Shown here: in pieces, positions 47,140 to 60,590 of the stretch | How the letters are laid out: each line of letters starts with the position of its first letter | Position numbering within the stretch: position 1 is the first letter of the stretch | Source: the human T2T-CHM13v2.0 reference genome, Homo sapiens | NCBI RefSeq assembly: GCF_009914755.1 | Contig: NC_060942.1 | Strand: one strand, 5' to 3' | DNA length: 64,000 nucleotides | Program-made: the position numbers and the translations under genes | Notes under the pieces: generated by a model | What the model saw: only the letters and a program-made list of their open reading frames with translations | Told to the model about the DNA's origin: nothing | The model's database searches: none

Positions 47140-47570
47140 CCACAACTAGAGTCCAGGCCAAGGTTTTTCCCAGCAACTGGATTTCTAAAACGACTTCCTA
47201 AACATTTCTTTCACCTCAGGTCCAAGACTGACTTAACAGGGGCTAGGGTGTTTCTTCTTCTAATGCAAATATGATCACCATTTTTCTTCATAACACTCCT
47301 CAATAAAGCCCCTTTTGTCCTCACAGCACATTCCAAACATTTTTCCTTCATTCAAGGTTTCTCATCATATGGCCCCTTTGTTGTACTCCCACATGTGACA
47401 TTTTGTGCCCACCTCATCACGTGGTGTGTGGAGATATACACACCTCTTTATTTTCAGAGTAGATTGAGAAGTTCCTGACGTTAAGAACTAAATCTTATTT
47501 ATCTTTGTGTTCCCATGCCCCAGTTGAGGAATCATATAGCAGGGGTTCAGTAAATATGCACTAAATGGCT
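47140..47570 (+). mobile_element. L2 3' fragment
   Basis: aatgcaaatatgatca.., tcttatttatctttgtgttccc..gttcagtaaatatg. Confidence 0.55.
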
Positions 47571-49339
47571 ACCTTGTGCTAGAAGTCCTTACTTTCCAGA
47601 AGATGGAATCATATTTAATTAGATGAACTAAACTGAAGGACATAGATACCCTCAGAACAAATGTTAAGCATTAAATATAAATTTTTATTATTATTCACAG
47701 TTTATATTGGGAGAAACATTCACAAGAAACCATAAGTGGTCCCATGTTCTAAGACCTTTTGTGGCCTTATGGGGAGAGCCTCCTACCTTCTGCCATATCT
47801 CTGTTTTCCTACCTGAGGTTCTCCAGAATGTTTAGAACTGCTTAGTTCTCAAGGATTACATCTGTTCTCTTCTTAGCTACCAGATACCAGGCCTATGTCT
47901 TTGGCTTTAGAGTAAGATCATAATGGAATGACTATGAATAAAATCTGATCAGCAATCTCATCAGAAAGTACTTGCTTGCATCGTATCTACTTTGGATGAT
48001 AAAACACCTAAGAATATACTTTTCATACAAACAGAAACCGTGAAAGAATTCTCCTACATTTTACTGATTCCTCCTTCTCCAAAATATAGTTTCAGAGCAG
48101 GTTAACTTTTCTTAATTTAATCAAGACAGTGAAAATAAATTGAAAAGAGGCTTTTTAAAGTAGGATAGAAAAGGGAACAGTTATTCAAATAATGCTATAT
48201 ACAACACTAAAGACATAAAGCCTTCAACTGAGGGAATTTGAAAATATATACACACATATGAATAGAAATATTATAACATACATTTGAAATGTATAAGAAA
48301 ACATGAAATTTTGTAAGTAAGACATTATGGCTTGCATTTGTAGTTTATGGAATCTTAAATAATTGGCAGTGCCTTGGGATTCATCTACTACAGTTTTTTT
48401 ATGTTGTTGTTGTTGCGTTTCTCAGAAAACTGGGTCTTCTAATCAAACCAGAAATTGTGAGAAAAAGAAAGAAGAGGAGAAAGGACCTAATAAAACATGT
48501 GTTGACCCTAAACTTGACAACAGCTTAAGCCTGGTGAACTCTTACTTGCTGTTCTTGATGCTGGGCTTCCTCCTAAGATAAAATATAAACATCTTTCAGG
48601 GCCTGGAAGACCTGGAAAGATCTATTCCATATCTATTACTACAACATAATCCATCTCCATTCTCCTCCCTTCCTGCAGTACATACATCCAACCCCTTCCT
48701 GCCGCAGACATTCCCCTTGTTTATTCTGCCTAGATCATTCTTCCCTCAGAGCTGCACAACGCTGACTCATTGTCATCATTACATTTCAGCCTATGTGCCA
48801 TCACCTCAGAAAGAGACCATCCCTTAGGTAAAAGGTGTCCCTTGGTTTCTGTCTGTATTATTCCCAGTTCTTACCCTTGCTCTAGGTTGTGTCTTTTGGA
48901 CAAGAAGAATCTAGACCTCCCTCTAAGATCAACAGCTGTTAGTGTGGGAACCAGGGCTAGAATTTTGGTTAACTGAAATTACTTCACCTGTTTTGGATTC
49001 TGTAGAGGTTACTGAGGAAATTTTTTAAAAGGAAGGCACATAGAATGGTTTAAGAAGAAAGCGTGCATTTGGAATCAACATTTATGTGGAGTCATAAGAA
49101 GAGAAAAAATATGAAAACTTGAGGAAAAATATCTTTTTCTTAAAGGGCCTCAAAACATTTTCATTTTCTATGCAATGTCTTTTGACCAAAACAAGCCGGT
49201 AGATGAAAACAGTGCAGTTTCTGATTCCCAATCACAATATGACCTCCTATAGATGAACAACCCAGGCAATCCAAGAGCAGTTTAAAAATAGCTTGGTATG
49301 GTCAGATTTGTGATAAATGCTAGATGGGATACAAACACT

Positions 49340-49900
49340 TCTTTATTCAAAAAATGCTTACTATGGGCCGAACATGTGCTGTGTCTTGATGATATTGAAT
49401 ATTAATCACAGCCCTCCTGAAGCTTTTAGTTCAGAACAGTTATAAGAAAAAATCTCATCCCAGAAGTCAGTTCGTAGGCAAAACAAGGCAAATATATGTA
49501 ATGTTACCAGAAAAATCTGAATTGAATCTAAAGATTGTACTACATGAGCCAGAATAATTGAGCATTTTAACACAGAAAAGTATTTCAAAGAGCTCAAAGA
49601 TGAAGCCAAGGTTTGATACCTGGCTACCAGGTGAATGATAGTGCCCCTGACAGAAAAGAACATACAGGGAAAATCCAAGCTAATATCTAAAAAAAGATAC
49701 GGAGGTCTTTTCTAAGCATCTTGAATTTGGGTGATGGCTGACAGCTGAGTGGAAATGGACCATGAAATGGTCATCCAAGCAGCCCTGGATCTGGGGAGCT
49801 TTGGGGTTGGAGTTAGAACTTTTAAAATGCATTAATGTTAGGTAAGCAACATAGGATGGTATCTGGAACTTAACAGGAGTCCATAATTGCTGTCAGAATT
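49340..49900 (-). mobile_element. L2 fragment
   Basis: tgcttactatgggccgaacatgtgctg, aagatgaagccaaggttt..tggctaccaggtgaatgatagtgcc. Confidence 0.55.
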
Positions 49901-50729
49901 ATTAGCATAGAATTCGGTTTTAAACATTGACTAAATTGAATGGGCGAGGTGGGGGAGGCATGGCGCCAGTTAAATAGCCAGGAGAGGCTGGACTGGGGAC
50001 AGAAAAGTGTGCTTGACTGCACAAGAAATCAGAGATAATGGTACGGACAAGCCTAAGCCCATGTAACTGGTATCCGAAGAATTACTGCTAAGGTTAAGTA
50101 AGAATAAGTGCGTAAGAGAAAGAGGACACTTTCCATTGGTAGAGTGAGAAAAATGAAAGGAAGGTAGTTGGAAATGATCTCTTCCCCCTCCTAACCCCTA
50201 TGACAGAACACCCAGTCATCAGATTAAAGCGAGCACCAGAGCAGGGGAAAACAAAGCGTGCTCAACTCCAGGGGCTGCACCGCGCTCTAAAGAAAAGACC
50301 AGATCCTCTTCCTTCCTTCTTTCCTTCCTTCCACACCTTGCAAGGGTCCTCTGTCCCGCACTGCGAGTAAATCATACACTTTGGAAGTTTAGCATTAGAG
50401 AGCCCAGCAGGGGAGAAAATTGTCTGCAAGTTAAAAAAAAAAAAAAAAAAAAAGTAGAACTAGGGCAGTCCGAGGAGATTGAAAGGGCAAAACTATCAAG
50501 CAAGAAAACTGTAAGTTCTGATTAGTTTTATGACTTTGCCTTCATGCCTCAGGAGCTCAACTGATCACGGCTTTCACGACAGGCTAAGGTGGGTGTTGGA
50601 GGGGCAGCTTGAAAATACCCTCAAAACTCTCCTCCAGCTCCGTGCTTTCAGATGCAAATGCCTCACGGAGAGATGGATGGGCTGCAGCCCCTCCTACTTT
50701 CACCCCTCTTCTTTATTTTCCTGCGAAGG

Positions 50730-51830
50730 AATCCATCTGTACAGATCCGCCAGGCGGGAGGTGGAGGAGGGTGCGCGAGGGTGCGCGCGTGTGTGTGTGC
50801 GCGCGTGGCGGCCGAGCGGCTCCGTCTTCGCGTTCTTTTCCAGTAGCCCCCACCGGGTCTCTGGGAGGCGCCGAAGTCTCAGTGGCTCCCTGGGCCGGCC
50901 TCCGACAGCGCTGACAGCAGGCGCCCGCCGCCCACCATCGTCGCCCTCTTCCCCTCCCTCTTCGGCCCCGGCTCCGGCGCGCTCTCTCCTCCTCTCCTGC
51001 GCGCCCTCTCGCCCTCTCTCTGGCCGCGCGCTCCCGCTGGCTCCGGACCCTGCGTCTCAGCTGCCCGGGCGAGCCGGAGGGGCCCCTCGCAGTGAGCAGA
51101 CGCAGCGGGCCCCCGGCGCCCGAGGCCGGGGCAGGGTCCCCGCGCACCGCGGAGTGGGCTGTGATTGGAGGAGGAGCCCGTGCCGGGCGGGCCCGAGCGG
51201 GTGTCGAGCCGGTTCCTCCAGTCTGCCCCGCGCGCGGAGCTGCGCGCACTGGGTCCCCAAGAGCCCGCGGGCGTCCGGCAGCCGAGCGCACGTTCTTTCG
51301 GATGCACACGCCCGGGTCCCTGGCGTCTGACGCCGTGGGGAGGGCAGCGAGGCCCCAGGTGAGTGTGTCTGCCTGCGCGGGGCTGGGGAGGCGCCGCTGG
51401 GCAGATGTGCGCCCTTGCTGTGCGCCTTTGGAAGCAGGACTAATCAGTGAGCGGAGAGCGGGCGGGGATGTCCGTGTGGAGTTTCCCTTGGCGTCCCCAA
51501 GTTACTGCGTGTTGCAGTGAGATGTGGCTCTGCAAGGCAGGACAGGCTTGTGGACGGAGGCGGGGGCGTTTGGCCCGGAAAGCCGGTGTTGACAGACACC
51601 AGGTGCGACACGAGGAGTAGTAGTTGAGGGTAAGAGCAAATCCCGGCACTCTCCAGGTGCAGCGGCAAACATGGGCAGGCTGGAGCACTCTCCTCAAAGA
51701 GGACCACAAGCAGGCTCCTCCCTCAACCTCGGACTGATGGGGGCACAACTCCGCGCCGGCTGTGCCGCCGGGTTCTGCAGAGGTCTGAGGCTGGAAGGGG
51801 GTATGCGCCGCTTTGGGCAGGAGTCCTTTG
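50730..51830. promoter_or_regulatory. CDH7: CpG island / CDH7 promoter
   Basis: Abrupt shift to very GC- and CpG-rich sequence in an AT-rich background; GC boxes (e.g. GGGCGGGG ~51460), inverted CCAAT (ATTGG ~51164), and CT-rich tract 50940-51020. Confidence 0.93.
51100..51358 (+). other. CDH7: CDH7 non-coding first exon (5' boundary approximate)
   Basis: Consensus donor CAG|GTGAGT at 51358/51359 inside the CpG island, upstream of the coding exon. The TSS cannot be read from sequence alone. Confidence 0.75.
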
Positions 51831-54800
51831 AACCATTCGCTCTGGACACCTTTTACCTTTCGTGAAGGTGGAGCTCACTTCAGGGTGCTTTGCTTTTTTC
51901 CCCTGTAATTAGTATTCTGCTGATCTGGTTCATCTGCATCCTGCGTCCCCTCCGCCTGGCAGTACCTTAAGTGTGCGCTGGGAAAAGGGCGCCCTGCTTC
52001 TCTGAATGCATGGTGGACTTCTTCATGGGTGCACATGGTACACTGCTACTTGCCGGTATTCAACCTTCCAGTGTGGATTAATGAGAAAAGACCCGTTATT
52101 CTGTACCGCTTCACGTTTTAGATCGTTAACCCTACGGATTTCTTAAATGTCATAGTTCAGGTGAGTAAAGATTGGCAATGAGTTCACCCAGCACTGGGCA
52201 AATGGCAAACTATTGAGAAACCATCAAGGATTGGGTGTATCAAGGCTTTGGAGATCTGCAAATTGAACGAGGAATGTACTTATAACATCTTTTGCTTTGC
52301 AATAAATATCTTGTCTCTATTAGATCGTTTATTAAGTGAGACCTTTACGTAAGACTTGTCCTCATAATTTCTGTAGCTACTAGACAGGTGTTCAGATCAT
52401 TTTTCATAGAGAAGTAGATAAACATAACTTTATACAAAAAATAAGAGAAAAATGTAAGTGACTTGTTAATATATGGCCCTTGCCAAGTGACAAGTATGTA
52501 TTTTTAAAAGCAGATAACACCTCACACAAAAAATGTGTATTTTAAGAGTTTAAGAGCAGTAGCAGTCTTTTTTTCTAAAGGAAAGTTTGCATAGACACAA
52601 TATCTAAATAGTTTTAAGAGAGTCTTTATAAAGGCAAATTGTTATGGGAGAAAAGAGCTAAGAAAAAAAATTAATTACATTTGAAGCGTTCAGTAACTCA
52701 CCAAGAATTACTTCTTTCCTAAAGAACTAGTTAGACTTTGGTTTACCTAGGATATTTTCTTGTTCTATATGTCAAGGGGAAATGCATGAAGAATCCTTTT
52801 CTTTATTTTTAAGGCTATTTGGAACAGTATGAATTAAAATGCAAAAGAATTGAGACAGGTAGGAAGACTGGCAACTTTGTGGAAGTCTTGCTTCTGTGTT
52901 AGTGTTTAATATGGAGTGGGATAGCAGAGCAATTAGGTAACATCCAACGTCAATAGTCTTATCTGGGAAAGCTAGCCGAGTCTGTCTGAGGAAAGAAAAA
53001 TAAAGAAAACAATAATCAGTAGCACAGACCATCACCCTGCTAAAAGCTATTAAGGTTTGCAGCTTTAATAAAAGGGCATTGTGCACTTACAACGTGAGAT
53101 ATTATTGTAATTAAGGGCTGCAAGAGGTCATTAGAATTGTGTTAATCACTTTACAGACTCACAAGTCTTCTTAAGTCTACTTTTATTGATTTAATAGCAC
53201 AGAGCTTTTTCCTTTCTTATAAAAGGATAATTGTAAAGCATCTATATTACTGCAATTTACCCTTGAATTGACTCTAGTGTTTAGTGTCCAATGAAGAAGA
53301 GAGGGTGGAGAGCACGCGGAGTTGGCCACTGTTCAGCCTTCCTTGGCCTAAAAATCAAATGACTGTCTCTCCTGGGCACTAGTGTCTTTACTGGTTTCCC
53401 TGTTATTCAGCATTTTGCTTTTTTGATGGCAAAGCTGATATAAACTCCTCAGAGTGTATACTGATATAAGGAAGTGAATATATTTTTGTGTTGAGCAAAT
53501 ACTTTTTTGTCAGATCTTTCAGAAATAATTTATAAAATACTAAACTCACAAATTGTTCTGTGCTGTGGATATTTATTGCTGAATGGTTACAATCTTCCTG
53601 GATTTCATAAGGTTTTACATTTATTGCATTAATAGCTTGTATCACATCACAGTTCTCTCTCTCTTACACACACACAAATGTCTTTTACTTGATTGGAAGT
53701 CTTCAAAGCCTTAGCTTAAATTGGAAGTTTCAGGAACTTCTAAAATAACTAACATGCATTAGTTGATTGCAAAGGGTTTGAGATGGAAGCTTTTTCTTCC
53801 TTGGATGAAGGAATCAGATGCTACTTGGTGGGGTGATAAAGGGGAGCTGAGGACAAGGAAAGAAGACATGTGATCAGAGTCTTGTGTGTGACCATCTCCC
53901 CAGCGTCTGACAAGCAGAGCAGATCTAGCTGTAACCAGCAATACACGAGTGCCTCCTCTGGGGATTTGCTGGTTCTGCAGAAAGATACCCCTGCAAGCAC
54001 TTCCCCCTTGTTTTTCTGCAAGTCTCACAGATAAAATTACCAGTTCAAATGAATATGCAGACATCTGTCCATATCTTCATTTCAGATTATAGTATAGATT
54101 TTCATTCTGGTAGAATCTCTTTTCTGCTATTTTGCAAAGTGTTTATTGAAACCTGCTGACTTTTATTGAAGTCACATAAATCACACGTGGCCCAAGGTAA
54201 ATACAAGGGCAAATTAAAAATTATAGTTGATACAGCTAAGATTTCTTGTAAGAATAAATTATAAAAAACTCTCTGAATATAATTTTACCATTTTATTACA
54301 TAAATAACTCAGAAAGATTGTGCCTTGTTACTTTGTTTACTTTTTAATTTACGAATGTTTCTTCTAGTTAATTATAAACTCTTGTTTCCCCTTTTAAAAA
54401 ATTCATTTCACCCATGGCAGAAGTTGTGCTTAGTTGAAATTGAGTCTGTAATCCACTTTGAGAAGTTTTCTTTCTGTGTTTGATAACCAGATGCACACTA
54501 CAGGCTGTGTGATTCATTTCCAGGGCCCCTGCCTGCATATTTAGGCCAGTTAACAGTAGGAGGTTGTGGTCTGTGGTTGTAATGTTATCTGGCCCAGGGA
54601 GCTAATGGATTTGATCGCAGTTTCTTTACGTGAGAAGTCACATATCACAGAGAGTCCCTAGCCTCACTAATTAAAATGTAAAAAATTATACCTTTTAAGT
54701 ACAAAAGAGAGAGCTCTTTCATCAGAATTAAAATTATCGAATGTGATGTTAAACTTTAAATGGTATACAGATGAAACAAATTAATGTTAGTATATTACTA

Positions 54801-56173
54801 TACTAGAAACTGAAGATAGCAACATTAAGTTTAGGATGATTATAATGCGAATATCAGCAGCAAGCAGTCATCTCAAAATATAGGACTTATGTCACCAACC
54901 AAAAGGGTACAATAGGAATGATACTTATTTTGCCAAACAAAATGGCCCCATATATAGAGTTTATATCCTAATATACTGTCCTGAGTTGGTACCCTATTTC
55001 TACAATGTTCACTGGGCTGTTGTTTAAATTTCAGTGGAAATAGTTAGCTACCTTGTGTCATAGTGTAGTAGGAAATTATTTTTGGATTCCAGAGTTGTTT
55101 AGAAGGGAAAAAGCAATTTTAAATTTGGATAGAGCTCACTCTTCATTTTTTTGTAAGATAGAAACATACAACCCTAGACAATAGGTTCCTTCACCCTTTC
55201 TTCTTAGTCTGCATTTTCTGCCCTTCTGAATGATAATGATGGTTACCATTACCTACTTAGAAAATTAAAACTTATGGTCGTATAAAAATTTAAGTACAGC
55301 CAAATCTACTTTGTTTCACTTTTAGGAAAGATGATAAGTTCCAAAGATCACACATTGCAAAAGCACTTATTACCAGAATGAGCAATTTTTAACAAATACT
55401 TTAAAATACTCATTACATACAGTTATGCAATGGATATTGGATCAGTACCTAGCTGTGTGACCTTGGGCATTTCACTGGGAATCTGTAGATTTCCATTTTG
55501 TTCAAAGTAAAGCAAGGGCTACCTTGGTTTTTCTAACATCTATTGCAGCTCAAACATGTCATCAATCTGTGGTTCCACCACTTTGGGAATCTTCAAACTT
55601 AAGGAGCAGCAGAATTTGAAGATTTTAAAATGTTTTTCCTCTAACATGAACCCTAATGAAAACCAAACTATTACATTTTTCAGTATTGAAATGGCATCCT
55701 CTTTATTTATCTCTTAGACATTGTCCTGAATAGTGTGGCTGGTAATGTTGTGGTTCGAAATGAAGTGTGGCTTCAGCTCTGAAAACATTCTGTCCAGGAC
55801 TGTTTTCTCTCTAGTGTTGTATTATGGCATCTGCTCAGTCATGAATAGGAGGGGATTAGAATATATTTTCCCCCTTTGGCATTCCCAAAAATGTATTAAG
55901 GGATTCTACAATAAAAATAGGCAAAAGCAACAATGAATAAGTACTATCCTTTACACAAAGCAGACTACTCTAACTCTGTGGACTGGGATAAATCACAGGG
56001 AGGACCTCAGTGGTAACAGGTGACAGTGGCAGCTGTACTGGGGACACAAGAGCAAATGAAAGTCTTCAGAGAAGACAGTGGATGAATCAGCAGGCAGTCT
56101 CTTCATGGAATTTAAATAAAACCATTAAATATCCAAGGAATTCCTAAAAAGAAACAGACTTCTCCTAGACTAT

Positions 56174-56226
56174 ACAAAACAAACAAAAAAACAAAAACAA
56201 AAACAAAAAACAAAACAAAACAAAAA
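56174..56226. repeat. (CAAAA/CAAAAA)n repeat
   Basis: Directly visible. Confidence 0.9.
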
Positions 56227-59200
56227 CTAGTAAATAGAAGGTTCATCTTAAAACAATGGTAATATGTTTCATAGTTCCCTTGCTGTGGAATGGTGTCATT
56301 TCCACTTTTAAACATGTACATCTTTCACCCTACTTAAAGATTCATTAAAAACATGCTGCTGCCTAAATGTAGTTCAACCTTAAAGCAATCTTGGAAATGA
56401 CAGTTTCCCCCCAATAGCTCAACAATATTTTTTCTATTTTGGTGCTATTATTCCAACTGTGATGTCTTGTACTATTATGTTTCATAGGTCAGCCAACAAA
56501 ATGTCTCAGGGAATATCAGTTAGATTCTGGAGGTGTTTGTCAGACAACCATTATGGATTTTTCTGATTCTCTATTAAGTACACTGACAGTCCTCAAATGT
56601 CATTCCTACACTTGTTTTTCTAGAAAATGCAAATAATTGAATTTAGTCTTGGACTATCATTCTCCATCTAGTCATAAACTATACCAGTTTTTAAAAGAGA
56701 GGCATAACTTCTTTAAATCAGCATTACCAATTGATAATAAGCTGTGTGTTAGTGTGTTATATATTAAGTCTATTTCAAAACAGTTTCAGAAGACCTGCAT
56801 CTGAGGCAGACTCCAGACAGCAGAGAGCATGAGCAGCTGCTCCTTGCCTAGAATTTAGAGAAAGTTTGGTGGAATGTGGTCTTTAATTGTGATAAGCCAT
56901 TGCTTATTTATATTGGACTGCAACAAACACATTCCAGTTCAACATTAAGTGCCACAAAACCAAAAATAGTCCTATATTTCCTTTTAGTATAGCTGATAGT
57001 TATATATCATAGCACATATTATTTCTAGAAAGCATACAGCACTGTGTACTTTTTAAAAAAGCAGTCTAGAACATATGAATTAATTGGCAGTTAGCCATGT
57101 TTTAAAAACTACTCTTGTGGTGATATGTTAGTGTGCAGTGGCTGAATATGATGTATACTTGTTATGTTTTTAGCATGTTGACTTTGAATGGAACAGGTTT
57201 TGGAAGACTCGCAATTTTGCTGATTAGTAATTGATATGCTAATGCATAACAGTTTTTTTTTTTTTTGCATGAAAGGACCTTTAGTCATTGTTTGTAAGTT
57301 TGAAAACACCATTTGATTAAGAGCACGATAGTCACTTGATCTGTTAAAAGTGGTTTCCTAGAGATGTCAAGTGGAGGAGAAATTCCAAGAAAACGTTATA
57401 GTAATGAATTTGTTTTGGTAAAATAACATTAGCTGTTAAAGTTAAGTGGATAATAAACAGTCTACTTGAAACTAATACACTGCCACTTAGTTTAACAAAA
57501 ATAATTGGAACAAAATGGTAGCATGATCAAGTGATTTCATATCAAATGACGTTGATTTAGTAAATACTGCTTAAGGGATTTTTACCTCTTGTTTTTTCTT
57601 TTTGCTTCAGTCCGTTCAAAATATATTTTTCAGTGTTTTATTTTATATTCTGATGATTAAGATCTGTTATGCTTATCACAGTACTACTTGTGATTTTCAT
57701 GTATTTCAGTTTGTAAAACATGGAAAAATATTATAAATTGTTTTTCAAAATACAAGTTTTAGCCTTAAAATATCAAACAAAAACATTTTAAATCTTCCTC
57801 AATTTTTTTTCCGTTTCAGATTAATCATTTATCCAGTAACCATCACTACTACTCCCTGAGACATCTGTGATTTACCTCTGTGCCCTTCTCTCCTCAGATA
57901 TAACCTGTTCTTGTTTTTCTCTTCAGAAATGTTCCAGTGTCCAAAAGTTTGTAAAGATCTGTAGACATTCCTTCAACTGTATATCCATATATATATATAT
58001 TTTTTTTTTCTGCACTTTTTAAAGAACTAGTAATAGTGAAGAGGTCAGCTCTCCAAACCACATGCATGGATGCAGAGTACTCATTTTTTTCTGACATGAA
58101 TCTTGTTTTTAACTCCTGTATATGAAACTCAGATAGGAAAGGAGGTGGAAGATAGAAGATAAACAACATAGACTTCTAAAGAGGGATGCAGTGTTTTTGC
58201 TTTAGGCACAGATTTGTGAGGCAATATTTAATCCATTGTGAAAAGTCAACAATTTGTTACTGACTCTGTACTCAAGTTCATTTAAATGTAATAAAAGTTA
58301 TTGTGGTATCTTTCTACATGTTGATATTTGTAAGAAGATAAAAAGCCTTATAAAGAGGTTATACAGTGTGTGAGAAAAATCTCAAGTTTAAGTTTGGATT
58401 ACTTCTGGTTGACAACCACAAAGAACTACAGGCTTTTTAAAATAATGCTTCAGAGCCCTTATTTCTTTCATGATACCCAGCTCAGGACAGAATGAAACCA
58501 GTTGAACTGCTATACTCGCCTTTCTCTTGAAAATGAGATTTGATTGAAAAAGAAGGCAAACATTTGTGAAAGACTGATAAGGAAAGGTGGCACCTGACCT
58601 GAGGCCATGCGACTCTTCCCCTGCTATAGAGGGCATATGTTCCTGGGAGAGTTGGTTACTGCCAAAAATACTGGGGAACACGTGAAACATCCTCACTTCA
58701 GATCACAATGGTTCACACACTGTTTTCTGATTTTCCAAGTGCATTCCACAAAGAGTATGACAGAGACACTTATCTCAAAAAAGAAAATTTCGTCCTCTGA
58801 TAATATACACAATGCCAGTTAAATATCCTTGTGCACTCTGATAGAACTTGGATCAAGGTAAAGACAATTTAGCTCAAGAGGTTGGCAAATACTTCAAATA
58901 CTGCAGAGAAATATAATGGAATTTTCTTGAAAGTGATTGTGACTTATAAACATGGTTGACTTACCAAGGAATTTGTATCTTGACTTGTTATACGGTTAAC
59001 TTTTCATATCAAAAAATGAGGTTGATCATAATGAAAATGAGCATTATGTAAATGGTTTCCGAATGTCAATTATGTGCCTACTTCAGTCGTAGATACTACA
59101 GATACGATAGGGTAGATCTCCTTCTTCATCAAGGTTTATGTTTATACTAGCTGCTTTTAAAAACCCTTGATTAAAATGAGTTGCTCAATTATCAAGTATC

Positions 59201-59449
59201 TTCCCTTCACAGACATTATTTCAATGACTTTAATGTAACCCATGCCATGTTCTGTAACTCCCTTCTTTGATATGTTCTAGCTAATTTGATAAATCTCCAG
59301 TCTTGTTGAATGGAAGAGAAATAATCTTCAAGAGCAAGAAGAGTACATTAAACAGCTCTTCTTAAAGTGAATGTTGCATTTTATAAGCAAGTCAAATGTT
59401 TATTTTACATTCCTATAACTTCCTTAAATTTCTCTGCCCATTATCTTTT

Positions 59450-59759
59450 TTTTTTTTTTCTTTTTTCTTTTGGAGACAGAATCTCGCTGTCACCCAGGCT
59501 AGAGTGCAGTGGTGCCGTCTCGGCTCCCTGAAACCTCCACCTCCCGAGTTTAAGCGATTCTCCTGCCTCAGCCCCCCAAGTAGCTGGGATTATAGGTGTG
59601 TGGCACCATGCCCGGCTAATTTTTTTTTTTTTTTAATTTTTAGTAGAGACAGGGTTTCACCATGTTAGCCAGGATGGTCTCGATCTCCTGACCTTGTGAT
59701 TTTCCTGACTTGGCCTCCCGAAGTGCTGGGATTACAGGCATGAGCCACCACACCCGGCC
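59450..59759 (-). mobile_element. AluS in CDH7 intron 1 (antisense)
   Basis: Full dimer; TSD cccattatctttt at 59437-59449 and 59760-59772. Confidence 0.94.
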
Positions 59760-60369
59760 CCCATTATCTTTTATTATTAACAATGTGTATTTTATCACAG
59801 CTTTAAAAGAGCTAACAAAATCAATTTTATATAATTGTCAAAAAGTAGAAAAGTAAGACCTGAAAAAAGAAATAGACTTTATAAGATAATTGAGTTCAGC
59901 TCCTTCATTTTGCAACTGTGGAAAATAAAATCCCGGAGCAATCCAAGGTCGTACAAAGTGGTGGAGCTTGTAGGACAATGAGTCCTGTGCTCTTATCCCT
60001 AGTCCAGACTGTGTGCTTCGTTCCTCATCAGTAAACACCTAGTGAACTAAAATAAATTTCTCCAGCTCTGATATTTGTGTTTGATTTCTAAAAAATTACA
60101 GAAGGCATGCCTTTAAGAAATAAAGAATTATACATATATATATAGTACTTTGGCGCCTTTGTATTCATCTTGATTTTTTGATTTATGACCATATGGTTCT
60201 CTGGAACCAACTACAACTATCAAAATGCTTTCACTTGGTGTAAGAGTTGTCTAAAACATTTGAATATAGATAACATTCCAATGAAAACTAACATCAACCC
60301 ATAAACTAATTTTAACATAGCCAGTTTCAAACTAAAAAATATGATAATAATCCCAAGAACTTTTTAAAA

Positions 60370-60590
60370 ATACATTTTTGATTGCCAGGCACTATTTTTA
60401 TCATCTCATGATTTGCTCATTTAATCCTATGAAGTAGATGCCATTATTATCATCTTTGTTTTATAGATGAGAGACTTAAGGTTTTATCTCTGGAACGTCT
60501 TAGAATTTAACTTATTCAAGATTACGTAGTTAAGACATGACTGACCCAGAATTTGAATATTTATCCGATGCAGACACCAACAGTCTTTAC
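60370..60590. mobile_element. MIR
   Basis: tgccaggcactat..aatcctatgaagtag..ttttatagatgagagact..aacttattcaagattac. Confidence 0.7.

Noticed and set aside
50890-50915. REST/RE1 site (gacagcgc)
   Set aside because: Only the right half matches; the TTCAGCACC left half is absent.
51336-51390. G-quadruplex spanning the exon 1 donor
   Set aside because: The four G runs need a central loop over 30 nt; more simply explained as CpG-island G runs.
50530-51520. 266, 198 and 142 aa ORFs on both strands over the CpG island
   Set aside because: High GC suppresses stops; the products are R/A/P/G-rich with no recognisable domain. Only the ATG at 51302 is kept, because of its spliced frame.
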